DNA from: Phoronis australis | Lineage: Eukaryota; Animalia; Phoronida | Assembly: GCA_002633005.1 (NCBI GenBank) | Contig: NMRA01000264.1 | Location: 315,565-379,564 of the forward strand | Length of the DNA: 64,000 bases | Direction: 5' to 3' | In this document: piece by piece, positions 26,401 to 37,400 of the stretch | Layout: every line of letters begins with the position of its first letter | Numbering within the stretch: position 1 is the stretch's first letter | Position numbers and translations under genes: made by a program | Notes under the pieces: model-generated | The model's input: the letters and a program-made list of their open reading frames with translations, nothing else | Database searches by the model: none | What the model was told of the DNA's origin: nothing

Positions 26401-29400
26401 CAAATCTTATATTCTGACTTTATAGAATCAGAATATTACAACTATTCCAGAATCTCAACAATTACAGAACAACAGCAGTAACTTGTGATGATAGCATGAG
26501 ATCAATATATTACGATCACCAACATTAATGACATTCTGCAAAAAAATTAAATGTAACAAATGCACGCACCCAGCCTAAATTATAGAAGGGCTCGAATTTT
26601 CCGTTATGCGGACCTTTTATTGAAAGAAATCAACGCGAGGACGAAAAAAATGGGGTCACTAGGTTCAAGCCCACAAATAGTGAATCCGCGCCGACTTCGC
26701 CTGGATTTTGTGGACTTTTGTCTCAGTTACCCGGACTTTTTGTTTCACTAAGGCAGACCTTCTTGCACAATTCACCAAATCGAGCCCCCTGAGTGCGCCC
26801 ATGTAACAAGACAACTAAATCATACCGAACTACTTCATCATGAGAAGACCACAAATGGAGTTGTGGCAAGCTGACAAAGTGAAATTCGCTTGGTTTCCCA
26901 TTATTTACCCACACCAAGGTGCTGCTAAATTTTGATGTTCAGACATACAAAGCTAACTGGTTGGCGAGGTCACAATACAGTTCCTTATTGCCAATAGACA
27001 CATTTAGCATCGCTAACCTACTAATATTTAGGAACATTGTTTCAAATTTCTAAAACTGGTGGAAGACAATCCGAAAACATAACCATTCAGGGGTTTAATA
27101 CGGACAGTGCCACGTTCCAGGAACTCCAAAGACACAGACAGAGAAAAATGGAAAAAATGCCACTTGAAGGAACAGCAGTTGTTGAATCCATCCGAGAGTC
27201 ATAATCATCTGTTGTCACATTCATATTAATTAATACACATGTCAAATTTTTGACGTATCTCTTGGCACTTGCAGTGTAAGAATGGCCAATTGCCGATTTG
27301 GGCAATTGAACGAAGGACTGCTCGAAAAAATGTTTGATTACGGGAGTTTGTTTGAGTTGGAAGGAATTAATAACATTGACGGCCGTAAGCATTTGCGCAA
27401 ACCACGATTGTAGATGTGCATAGCACCAATGGCAAACCCTCCTCCCGCCCAGGAAATTTTTCTGTTTTTTCCTCTAAAAATCAAGCATTTTCCTTGATTT
27501 CTGAAGTATTATCCAAGAAAAAAAGGCAAAAAAAAAACACGTTGAACGTGTCACACAGGAAAAACTGCGAGTTCCACAGATTCGAACTCACGACCTGGCT
27601 GATAGAACGCGTGTGCTTTACCACTACACCACCACGATATGACTACTAACCTCAAACTAAGAGACCTACTTGTTTATGGTCCACAGCGTTTGCGCGCGAA
27701 ACCCTACTTCTTTTTGTAATGCTTATTACACGTTTTATATTTTGTGCAATCGGTTCTTAACAAATTTGTTGTATACTCCGGAACCCAATGGTCGTCCGCC
27801 TAAGCATAAAACCGGCTTGTTGTCGTACTCACCCAATCATTCCACTTCAAAGTTATGATCTGAATAGGATTTGATTTAACTCTCACAAATATATAGTATT
27901 CGTTGATTCAAACGTTTTCTTTTACTTATGCCGAGTTGTTCAACTGTGCATTGCTTTTCGGCAGCCATTTTATAATGACACCTATGGTCGTCATATGCTG
28001 CCGCCTTTTGAAAGAACAGCAAACCACACAGAAAAAGGCCAAGAAAATAGTGGAAAGTGGTATACAGCAATTCTACTTCAACCACAAACTGCTTTACTAG
28101 TATGATATCGATTTTTAAATCGATTAAAATTGATTTAGAATTTCAGTTCTGGAAAATAAATCACGGCTGAGCCCTGGATTGTTTTATTCCAGATATACCT
28201 TACTTATTTCTGTTTGTGACCTCTTTATTTGACTTTTTGCTCTTGTTGTACTTAACNNNNNNNNNNNNNNNNNNNNNNNNNNNNNNNNNNNNNNNNNNNN
28301 NNNNNNNNNNNNNNNNNNNNNNNNNNNNNNNNNNNNNNNNNNNNNNNNNNNNNNNNNNNNNNNNNNNNNNNNNNNNNNNNNNNNNNNNNNNNNNNNNNNN
28401 NNNNNNNNNNNNNNNNNNNNNNNNNNNNNNNNNNNNNNNNNNNNNNNNNNNNNNNNNNNNNNNNNNNNNNNNNNNNNNNNNNNNNNNNNNNNNNNNNNNN
28501 NNNNNNNNNNNNNNNNNNNNNNNNNNNNNNNNNNNNNNNNNNNNNNNNNNNNNNNNNNNNNNNNNNNNNNNNNNNNNNNNNNNNNNNNNNNNNNNNNNNN
28601 NNNNNNNNNNNNNNNNNNNNNNNNNNNNNNNNNNNNNNNNNNNNNNNNNNNNNNNNNNNNNNNNNNNNNNNNNNNNNNNNNNNNNNNNNNNNNNNNNNNN
28701 NNNNNNNNNNNNNNNNNNNNNNNNNNNNNNNNNNNNNNNNNNNNNNNNNNNNNNNNNNNNNNNNNNNNNNNNNNNNNNNNNNNNNNNNNNNNNNNNNNNN
28801 NNNNNNNNNNNNNNNNNNNNNNNNNNNNNNNNNNNNNNNNNNNNNNNNNNNNNNNNNNNNNNNNNNNNNNNNNNNNNNNNNNNNNNNNNNNNNNNNNNNN
28901 NNNNNNNNNNNNNNNNNNNNNNNNNNNNNNNNNNNNNNNNNNNNNNNNNNNNNNNNNNNNNNNNNNNNNNNNNNNNNNNNNNNNNNNNNNNNNNNNNNNN
29001 NNNNNNNNNNNNNNNNNNGTAAGTAGGACACTACAAAGAAAGTGGTGAATTGCTGAGATATGCTATATTTCATGGCGACGAAAGCCGATGCATAAGATCG
29101 CTCCACAACTGGTAGAACGTCAATTTTCCAATGCCAGTAAACAATTATGTTTACTGAAGGAGGAGTGAAGGTTTTAATGACACTGATTTTTTGACACATT
29201 TTATTTGGCCAGTTAGGTGCAAAACTGTATATTTAGTATACAGCTTTGCACAAAGTCGAAGGCTAACCCACTGTGGCATTAACCTAGACAGTGACCACCA
29301 TCTCTAGCTGACGGTCAAAGCTCCTATAGGCACTTCATACGCAGGAAGTGTTTCAGAGAATTATGCCCCACACCGATTAAAAAATCAAATTCCCGTTCTT

Positions 29401-30075
29401 ATAAGTACCCTTAGTGAATAGAGGGACACCTTAAGAGGCAGTCGATGTCTTTAATTCCTTCCAACTCAAACAAATACTCCCATCATCAAACTTTTTCTTC
29501 CAGCAGTCCTTTGTTCAGTTCCCAAAATCAGATATTGGCCATTTATAACATTGTGCGCCGCAGGTGGAATAGCGTCATATCCCCTGGAATGCGCTATGTA
29601 AAAGAAAAAGTTTGATAACGGCAGTATTCGTTAGAGTTGGAAGTAATTAAAGACATCGAGGGCCTACTACTACTAGTCCTGTCTGTCAGGCTCTATACGC
29701 AAAAGATACTAATAGCAACGTGACATTGTTGTTTCAATCAGTGTGAGGCATACTTTCCAAAGCTTCCGGCGAAGGAGCTTCACTGTCTTTGCTGACCTGC
29801 TAGAGACGGTGGCCACAGTTCCACAGTTTACTAATTACTATTACTAGTATTAGTATTAGCCACCCTAAGTCCTAACTAGTAACTGACTTATTGATGAACT
29901 AGGAAATTCAAAGCTCTAAAACTAATGACAATTTACCAAGAACATTGTCAAGAGATGGTACTCCTGTAGAAATTAAAAGCTGATTGTTTTGTAAAGAAGG
30001 CTTTGTTCCTCGTATCTGCAAAACTTTCGATCTAATTTTCTTCTGAAAACTTGTGTTTACCACGGGCGCAGCCAT
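20482..30075 (-). CDS. ELP4: Elongator complex protein 4 (378 aa, 8 exons)
   Basis: Exons 30075-29937, 26145-25988, 25240-25133, 24546-24315, 23029-22869, 22191-22083, 21470-21364, 20604-20482 total 1137 nt in frame. Motifs [80 protein letters not shown] and terminal KLDF. Confidence 0.96.
23080..24391. other. Near-identical ~600 bp duplicate flanking a gap (likely two haplotypes), containing a 32-bp VNTR and a partial copy of ELP4 exon 4
   Basis: 23080-23712 versus 23791-24391, separated by N 23713-23790. A few SNPs; the VNTR has 6 versus 5 units. Confidence 0.85.
26559..26803. mobile_element. MITE with 5-bp TSD (hAT5-like); inverted relative of 14483-14698
   Basis: AATGCACGCACCCAG...CTGAGTGCGCCCATG flanked by TAACA on both sides. 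Confidence 0.65.
27385..27773 (-). mobile_element. ~390 bp dispersed repeat with internal tRNA-derived A/B boxes (SINE-like), copy 1
   Basis: Reverse complement of 34106-34489. Minus strand 27633-27579 reads GGTGGTGTAGTGGTAAAGCAC...GTGAGTTCGAATC. Confidence 0.7.
28257..29018. other. Assembly gap (other gaps: 1435-1702, 23713-23790)
   Basis: Runs of N. Confidence 0.99.
29442..29659. repeat. Imperfect inverted repeat (~58 bp arms, ~100 bp spacer), probably a foldback MITE
   Basis: TCGATGTCTTTAATTCCTTCCAACTC...ATCAAACTTTTTCTT versus AAGAAAAGTTTGATAAC...GAGTTGGAAGTAATTAAAGACATCGA. Confidence 0.7.
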
Positions 30076-30330
30076 TACTGGATATGACGTCATGAATGAA
30101 CAGCAGTGCGCGGTATAATAACATTTCGAATATTTTTGAAGAAATCAAGAAAGCTCTTGAAACGTATCACAACTTCACACGATAAGCTCAAGAATCTAAC
30201 TATACAAATTTCCTGGTATCCGTCAATGAGTAAATATATTGATATTGTTTAGAATTCGTCTGCTGAGCTAAACGAGTCGTCTGCTCTGTGCTCGCTCTGT
30301 CCGCGAGTCCGCCGAGAGATTTTAAAGGGT
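30076..30330. promoter_or_regulatory. Putative bidirectional promoter for ELP4/FBXO47 with perfect CRE palindrome ATGACGTCAT (30084-30093)
   Basis: Head-to-head genes, locally CpG-rich DNA, and a candidate FBXO47 non-coding first exon ending at GT near 30329. The FBXO47 ATG exon starts at an acceptor (31428), so it needs an upstream exon. Confidence 0.55.
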
Positions 30331-30732
30331 ACGTGCGAAAAAGTTGCTACTGATTGTTTTTGTAGTGAACAATTCAATTCAACAGTCACGATGGTCGTTT
30401 GCGTTAACTATTGTTCGGTTTTTTGACTTTGAAACTCACACGCTAAACACAGGCGTGTTGCTTTACGACTCCAATTATCTCATCCAACACGTTCACTAGG
30501 TCACTTCAGTCGCGATCGAGCCTTTGCCTTTGATGTGATAAGGACTTTGCTAGATACTCTGGGGGTAAACGGTGCACATTTTCTCGTCCACTTGTGTGCA
30601 AATCCTGTTAGCGTAAGGTCTGAAACACCTGTGCTTTTGGTTGAATTTTTAGTGAATAGTCTACTAAATTACGTCAGTTTACAGTGATTTCATTAAAAGT
30701 TCTCTGGGGATGATTCAAACTGCTGTGGATGT

Positions 30733-30867
30733 CAGGGGCTGATCCAAGATTTTGAGTTAGGGGTGGCCAGGGCATAGTATTAGCCAGGATTTTGCCCGTC
30801 CGACATTCGCACCCCCGTACCAAATGGAAGTGGCCCCCTCGCCCCCCCCCAGTTAAATTTGCCACTG
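30733..30867. mobile_element. Short GC-rich MITE with 5-bp TSD
   Basis: CAGGGGCTGATCCAAG...AAATTTGCCACTG flanked by GATGT on both sides. A similar ~78 bp element lies at 31066-31143 (AATGA/GATGA). Confidence 0.6.
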
Positions 30868-31433
30868 GATGTCAGACTGTAGATGATGTGACAGTACTGA
30901 CTCAACATTTTACAGGGTGGGAACACTAAAAACTAAGAAGTATTGTCACAACTGGAAACAGATCAAGCCTGTTCATGAAGACATGCCTGAGTTAATTAAG
31001 CTTATAAATCTTTGTTAGGGCATAGGACACAAAGGGTATGGAAAGGTACAATCCACAGGTAATGACATGGGCAGTGCAACACTGAAATAAGTGAAGGGGG
31101 AGCTATAGCCTCCCCAGGCCCCTATGGTGCGCCGCCGCCCCTGGATGAGAGTGAGTGGGGTATAATTTGTAAATGAAAAAATAAATGTCTCAACCACGAA
31201 GATAAGATCCCTCACACAGGTAACACTGCAAACATGGAGACTTGATATGGCAATAATATGCCAACATGGATATTTGTAAAATATTCAATTTGTAAATACA
31301 CAATTCCTTATCACCCATGTCCCAGTCTGTCCCAGAGCATGCCCCAAACTGGAGAATTTTTGTCATAGATAAAGTTTCAACTTGACTATCTTATGTGACT
31401 GTTGTAGATGTGTTTAATTATTTACAGGTTAGA

Positions 31434-34400
31434 ATGTTGACTTTGAAACAGTTGTTCCCTTGTATTAAAGTGAGACGATCAAGCAGATTGCAAGAAAAAA
31501 GAAGCTTTTGCCATGTTGATGATACTGCGCTGGGCTATTTAGACAGTATTCCATTGGAGCTTAAGTTTTTAGTGTTTAGTTATTTGAAAGGTTGGTATTC
31601 AACATTTGATGTAAAAAATCTTTTGCTTGATAGTATTTGCTTTTCGAATTTATGTGACAAATTATCAAAATGATATTAAAACGTGTAGAATGATTCATTA
31701 AAATTGAGCATGAGGAATCTGTAGGTTATCTATCTTTCCTTCTAATATGTAAGCAGCCAGACACAGAGATAGATGCATCTGATTGTCATGTTGAAATTGG
31801 TTCAATGCATTGCTAAAACAGTATTTCTGTATTTGTATAGCTTCTCTTCAGTGAATTGGTTCAACTGTAGATAATGGTTTGACATAACAAAAGTGGAATA
31901 TTGCTTCATTTAAAATGATACTTTTAGATCCATTTTATGGAAACACTACTGAACAGTCTTTGTAAACTTCTAGCCTCAGAAAACTACTAAGCATTGAGCC
32001 TCATTCCAGCCAGAATCACCAATTTTTAGTCCCAGAAGCAGTCAATGAAATCCACTGGGCCTATAGTATAATTGTGAAAGTTGAAGGCCCGCTAACTTGT
32101 CACATAAATTAGTTTTAATAAAAAAGTCACTGCATGTGGTCTTAAAGTGAACAAACGGGGACCAACTTTACAAAAATTAGATTTCACAGAAGGAACACAG
32201 TTCTTTTTAGAAATTAAACTTAAAATGTGAGAACTGCAAAATTTTGTATGCCTTTTCAGTCATTATTTCTTTGCACTCTCATTGAAACTCGTAGTTGTTT
32301 CAGTGGAAGACTTAAGCATCTTAACAATTACGTCCAAAGCATTGAGAAACATAGTAGAAGACTACCGACATACGCCCTCTGGGTGGCGGCATGCACTACC
32401 GTATGCTGATGTACATAGGTGTCTGGACACAGCAGAGCAAGCAGTGTACATAAAGCACTTCCAACGATTAGGTAGGATATAGAGTTTTATAATATGCAAG
32501 TTTGTGGATGAGGGGTGGTTTTAGCCAACATACCGCATATTACGATAAATACTCTTTCATTTAGGTCACAATATGGAGAGAATGGTTGTTTGTTTTGTTG
32601 AATTTCTAAAGGTTACAATAAGATAAACTGGACTTCATTATCAACATGATCTGTTCTGAACAGCTGCAACACTGAGCACAAAATTTGTATAACTTTGAAC
32701 ATTTGAACAATGTAATTGGCCTTTGATATAGAAAATTTGAAATTTTGCTTCTTATTGTTGTGAAAAATTGGAATAGACATTGTTTGTGATGATGTTTTGA
32801 GTCAAACAATTTTTTGATACATATTTGAATTTTATCTCAATAAAAATGTTCAACATTTAGCAATTACTCTTTACTAGTGTTTCTGCCAAAACTGGATGTT
32901 TTTATTGATATTGCGTTGAAACATGACATAAGTTAGTCATTCCATTTGAGTACATGATGCTTGCAATTGATTGATGGATATATGATCAGTGTAAAATATC
33001 TGTGCCTTGTATTATTTATAAAATTATCAGAAGATCTTCTCTTCCAGCATGAACTACATAACAATTTTCATTTTTTGGTTTATTTTTACTTGTTATTTTA
33101 TTTTATTCCTTATTTTTGTTTGTCACCCCTCTTATTTTTAATTCAGCATGTCTGTCTGTTGTTTATCAGTTTTGTATAAGTTTTGTGATGCATTATTTTT
33201 CCTCGTCACTTGACTGTTAAATGTTAAAAAATCCTTTGCTAAATCAGTCAATTAAAAATCTGACATGATAGCTTTGGCTGTTGAATTGCTTTTGTTTTTT
33301 GGTAGGGTTGTTGATGAAAAGATCAACATGTCTATACAACACATTGATTCGTCTTAAAATAATAAGTGAATATGCAAAGAAGGTAGGTTTATAGCTTTAA
33401 AGTCGTTAAATGTGTTTAAATGTTTTGTTTTCTTATTTCTGGTTTTTTTTATGAAATTCAATTTTAGGAATGTTTAAAATTTTGGGGATATGAAGTAAAG
33501 AATGCAGATACAGTAACGTAGATGTAAAACTTTGATAGCAATTTTTGAGAAGGTGTTAGAACTTTTTGTTATTGATTATGTTTATATATCCGACTGTCAA
33601 TTTGCTTTATATTAGCTATATATTTTTGACTGACATTTTTTGATAATGGTGCTCATATATAACATTGCAGTTACTGCAAATTCATATATCATAGGCGGAT
33701 TTAGGGGGGGGGCAGGGGGCCTGGGCCCCCCCTTGGCTGGCACAAAAAAAATGAAACNGCTCAGATCCAATTTCAAGTGTCAAATTCGGAACACAGCGCA
33801 TTCGTAATGGAACTATGGCTAAGTATAGGCTCTCCCGCGATATCCCAGATGACTGGCGGTGGCGCTGCGCACTTCGACTCCGTTTCCGTCATCTGCTCCA
33901 CTGTGCAATGAAGAAAGTTACTTCATTTTTTAAAGAAAATGGAACCTGAGTGACAATGAAAAAACAGAAGCTGCTGGTAAGATGTGAATTTTAATCGAAG
34001 CCTTAGTGAATCACTCAGAAACTCATAATTCTCCAAAGCAATCCTGTCATTATTGCCAACACGGAAAACGGATTTAGTCTTTTGGGCAATTGAAGACTAT
34101 TTTGAATACAACAAATTTGCTACGAACCGATTGCACAAAATATAAAACGCGTAATAAGCATTACAAAAAGAAGTAGGTTTCGCGTGCAAACCCTGTGGAC
34201 CATAAACAAGTAGGTCTCTAATAGTAACAAATTCGGAGTTAAATCGTGGTGGTGTAGTGGTAAAGCATGCACGCTCTATCTGCCAGGTCGTGAGTTTGAG
34301 TCTGTGGTACCTACAGTTTTTCCTGTTTGACATGTTCTCCGTGTTCTTCTTTCTTTTTTGTTTCTTGGATAATGCTTCAGGAATCAAGGAAAATGTTTGA

Positions 34401-37400
34401 TTTTTAGAGGAAAAAACAGAAAAATTTCCTGGGCCTCCCCCCATTTGGTGCTATGCACATCTACAATTGTGGTTTGCGCAAATGCTTACAGACAAAATGT
34501 TGGGCCCCCCTTGTGATATTCTAGATCCGCCACTGTATATGTACGATCATGTGTTGTCCTTAGTAATTTCTTAATTAGCTGGGGTGTAAAGTGTTAACTG
34601 ACTGGTCATGAAGGGCAACAGATACAAATCTAAGGTTGGTTGACAGTAATGAAACATAGGGTAGGCTACCTCGAACTCTTTTTTCACTGATTATAGCAAC
34701 ACAAGGTTGGTTGACAGTAATGAAACATAGGGCAGGCAACATCGGAGTCTTCTTTCACTGATTATAGCAACACAAGGTTGGTTGACAGTAATGAAACATA
34801 GGGCAGGCAACCTCGGAGTCTTTCTTCACTGATTATAGCAACACAAGGTGGGTTACAGTAATGAAACATAGGGCAGGCTACCTTAGAATCTTTCCTCACT
34901 GATTATAGCAACACAACGGGGTTGTCTCGAGTAAAGATATCTGCATGCATCTCTTTGTGTCCCTTGTTGGCTGCTGGAATAGTTTTGTTCAGTACAAGGA
35001 ATATCACAATACATACACTTTTTCCAAACAAAATATAATAAACTGATTCCTGATACAGTTGTAATAGAAAAAACCCAGATGTTATGGACTCAGTATACAT
35101 GGCAACTGCAACCATTTTGTTTTTTTTTTAATGAAATTCTTCCAGGAGTCCATTTATTTAGTTTTTGTCTTCTTTTGTCTTTTGATAATGCCAATCTTTC
35201 TTTCAACTCCTTTTATTCTAGTTATTGTGCTTGTCATCAAAAAGTTGCCATGATATCTCATCATGCTTGTCACTACTGGCCTTTGGTACATTTCTACACA
35301 CATTCACTGCTGGGTGGGATGATACAGAGTGCAGAAAGGTGTTTGACTTTGTCTGCACCATATCATCTATACTGAAGCAAACAGAGAAAACATTTTCTGC
35401 TCGACCAGGTGAATGACGTTGATTATTTCATCATGGGACAGTGAAATTAAATCTACACCCAACACTAATTGAAAAAAATATTTACTAATGTTGACTGGAA
35501 TTTTCTAAACTTTAGTTGCATGATTGTTGCTTATTGTAACAATTCCTGACTTGGAAAAATTAGTTGGCTCTCATGTTGGCCAATTTTGAACAAATGAGAA
35601 TGAGTGGTTATGACAAAATGTGAAAGCAGGTGCTTTGATAAAGCAGGTGTTTTCACATTATGGAAATAACTGTTAATCACTCACAATTAAAAATGTTATT
35701 AGCACGCTTGCCAGGCATCAAAAGTACTTAAATCAGTTTTTTAATGAGAGACAACGTTGTTTGTTGGTATATATTTGTCCAATACCATACTTTGATAATA
35801 CTTTGGGTATAAAGCAAATGGATTAGAAATTTAGACTTTAATTCGTAAACATGAAGTGAAAAAACAGAACACTTGCTAATACAAGGACAGTTTTACACTT
35901 GTGCTAACAAATGTGTTTTGTTTTCATATTTTACCATTTCTGTTTATTGATGTTAAGAAACTTTATGGAGTAGTATTTAACTTATCGTTTTTAAGAATGG
36001 GGCTATTCGGAGAATTCTCCTCGCGGTGTCGCTGCTGTACTAGTGGTGATTGAATTGCGAATGCGTGGCTGTCTGCATGTAAACAACTGGTAAAAGATGC
36101 AATTTTTATCAAAATACGTCGTCGCGCTAAGCCGTATTACTGCTAATTTCCCTGGTGCAAGCCTTCGACAGGTGGCCACAAATTCCCAAAAGACCTAAGG
36201 TTACTATATTCGTGGACAATTGCGGTCAAAAGGGTCAACTAATTGACAAAAAGTGTGTGGATGCTGAAGCCCCGTGTGTGCTCTATGACTAAACAGTTCC
36301 ATTCGGAGACTACACAACATTACTTGGTAAGTTTTTTTGCAATCAAGTTTCTATCAACATCGTTTGGTGATGTTATCCCCACCAGTTACCCCACTGAATA
36401 ACAGGTTTATTGAGTGGAACTAGTGTTTCTTTTAGGAAACTCACCCGATGCCGGGTAAGCTAGCAGCACATATTCATATTGTCCTGGGTGGGAGTGCTCC
36501 CAAAATAAGAGGTGTATGGTACGTGATGCACAGAAGTCAAGGGTGACTTTTTCACAGCAGTTTCTCTTTAAAACTATGCCGTTTCCAATAAAATTCTCTA
36601 GATGTGTGAGTTTCCTTATTTTATCGCGGATTTCCCCCCAGGACTACCAGATCAGTTATCCAATCAACATGAATAAGCCTAATTCAGTAAATGTCGTAAC
36701 ATTGTATTGGAAGAAAAATTGACACCTAGAATGAATTTTACTTGTTGAGATCACATTTTAAGTTTCATGAAAAATAGTTATTGTTAAATCACTTTTAGCC
36801 TGTTTCACATATTTTAATTCAGATATTGAATAAGACTTGGGTACAAAGGTTATTAGTTTCTACACATAAACATGAAGATGAAACGTCAAGTATGTTCTGT
36901 CTTACAAAAGTAGTTTTGTCTTGTCTTTCCCTTTACAATTTGCTAATATTTCTCCGACTATTCTGTTACAGGTGAGCGAAAACAACTGAAACCAACGGCC
37001 CGACCATTTATTTTACCTTTGGACAAAGTGAAAAGCAATCCTTCAGCAATAACCGGAGAGAATTGAACATAATTCAGAAATTAGCACTTGATATGCCTTA
37101 TTATGGACTCCGTTGCAATGTTGTTTCTTTCTGTGCTTTTTTCAGTTTGCCATTTGTTTTTAAATACACTGATAATTGTTTATTCTCGAATCTTCTGCAT
37201 AGCAGATTCTTATCCAGCTAGGTACAATTGAAAACATACAATAAGACAATCGATGCAGCCACTGAATGTAATTTCCCCATAATGTGTACCAAATTGAAAA
37301 GTTTTTACCAATAGTTAAAGCCTTTCTTCTGAAAGGAAAATTTAATGTCACTCAGCTTTTGGCTTTCATTTCACTGAGATCTAGTTTCAATGGCCTATAG

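Noticed and set aside
27579-27633. Functional tRNA gene
   Set aside because: Only A/B boxes are recognisable, no full cloverleaf, and it lies within a dispersed repeat.
28216-29199. Long ORFs of 268 and 315 aa (also 1398-1808 and 23602-23911)
   Set aside because: Mostly X residues from N gaps.
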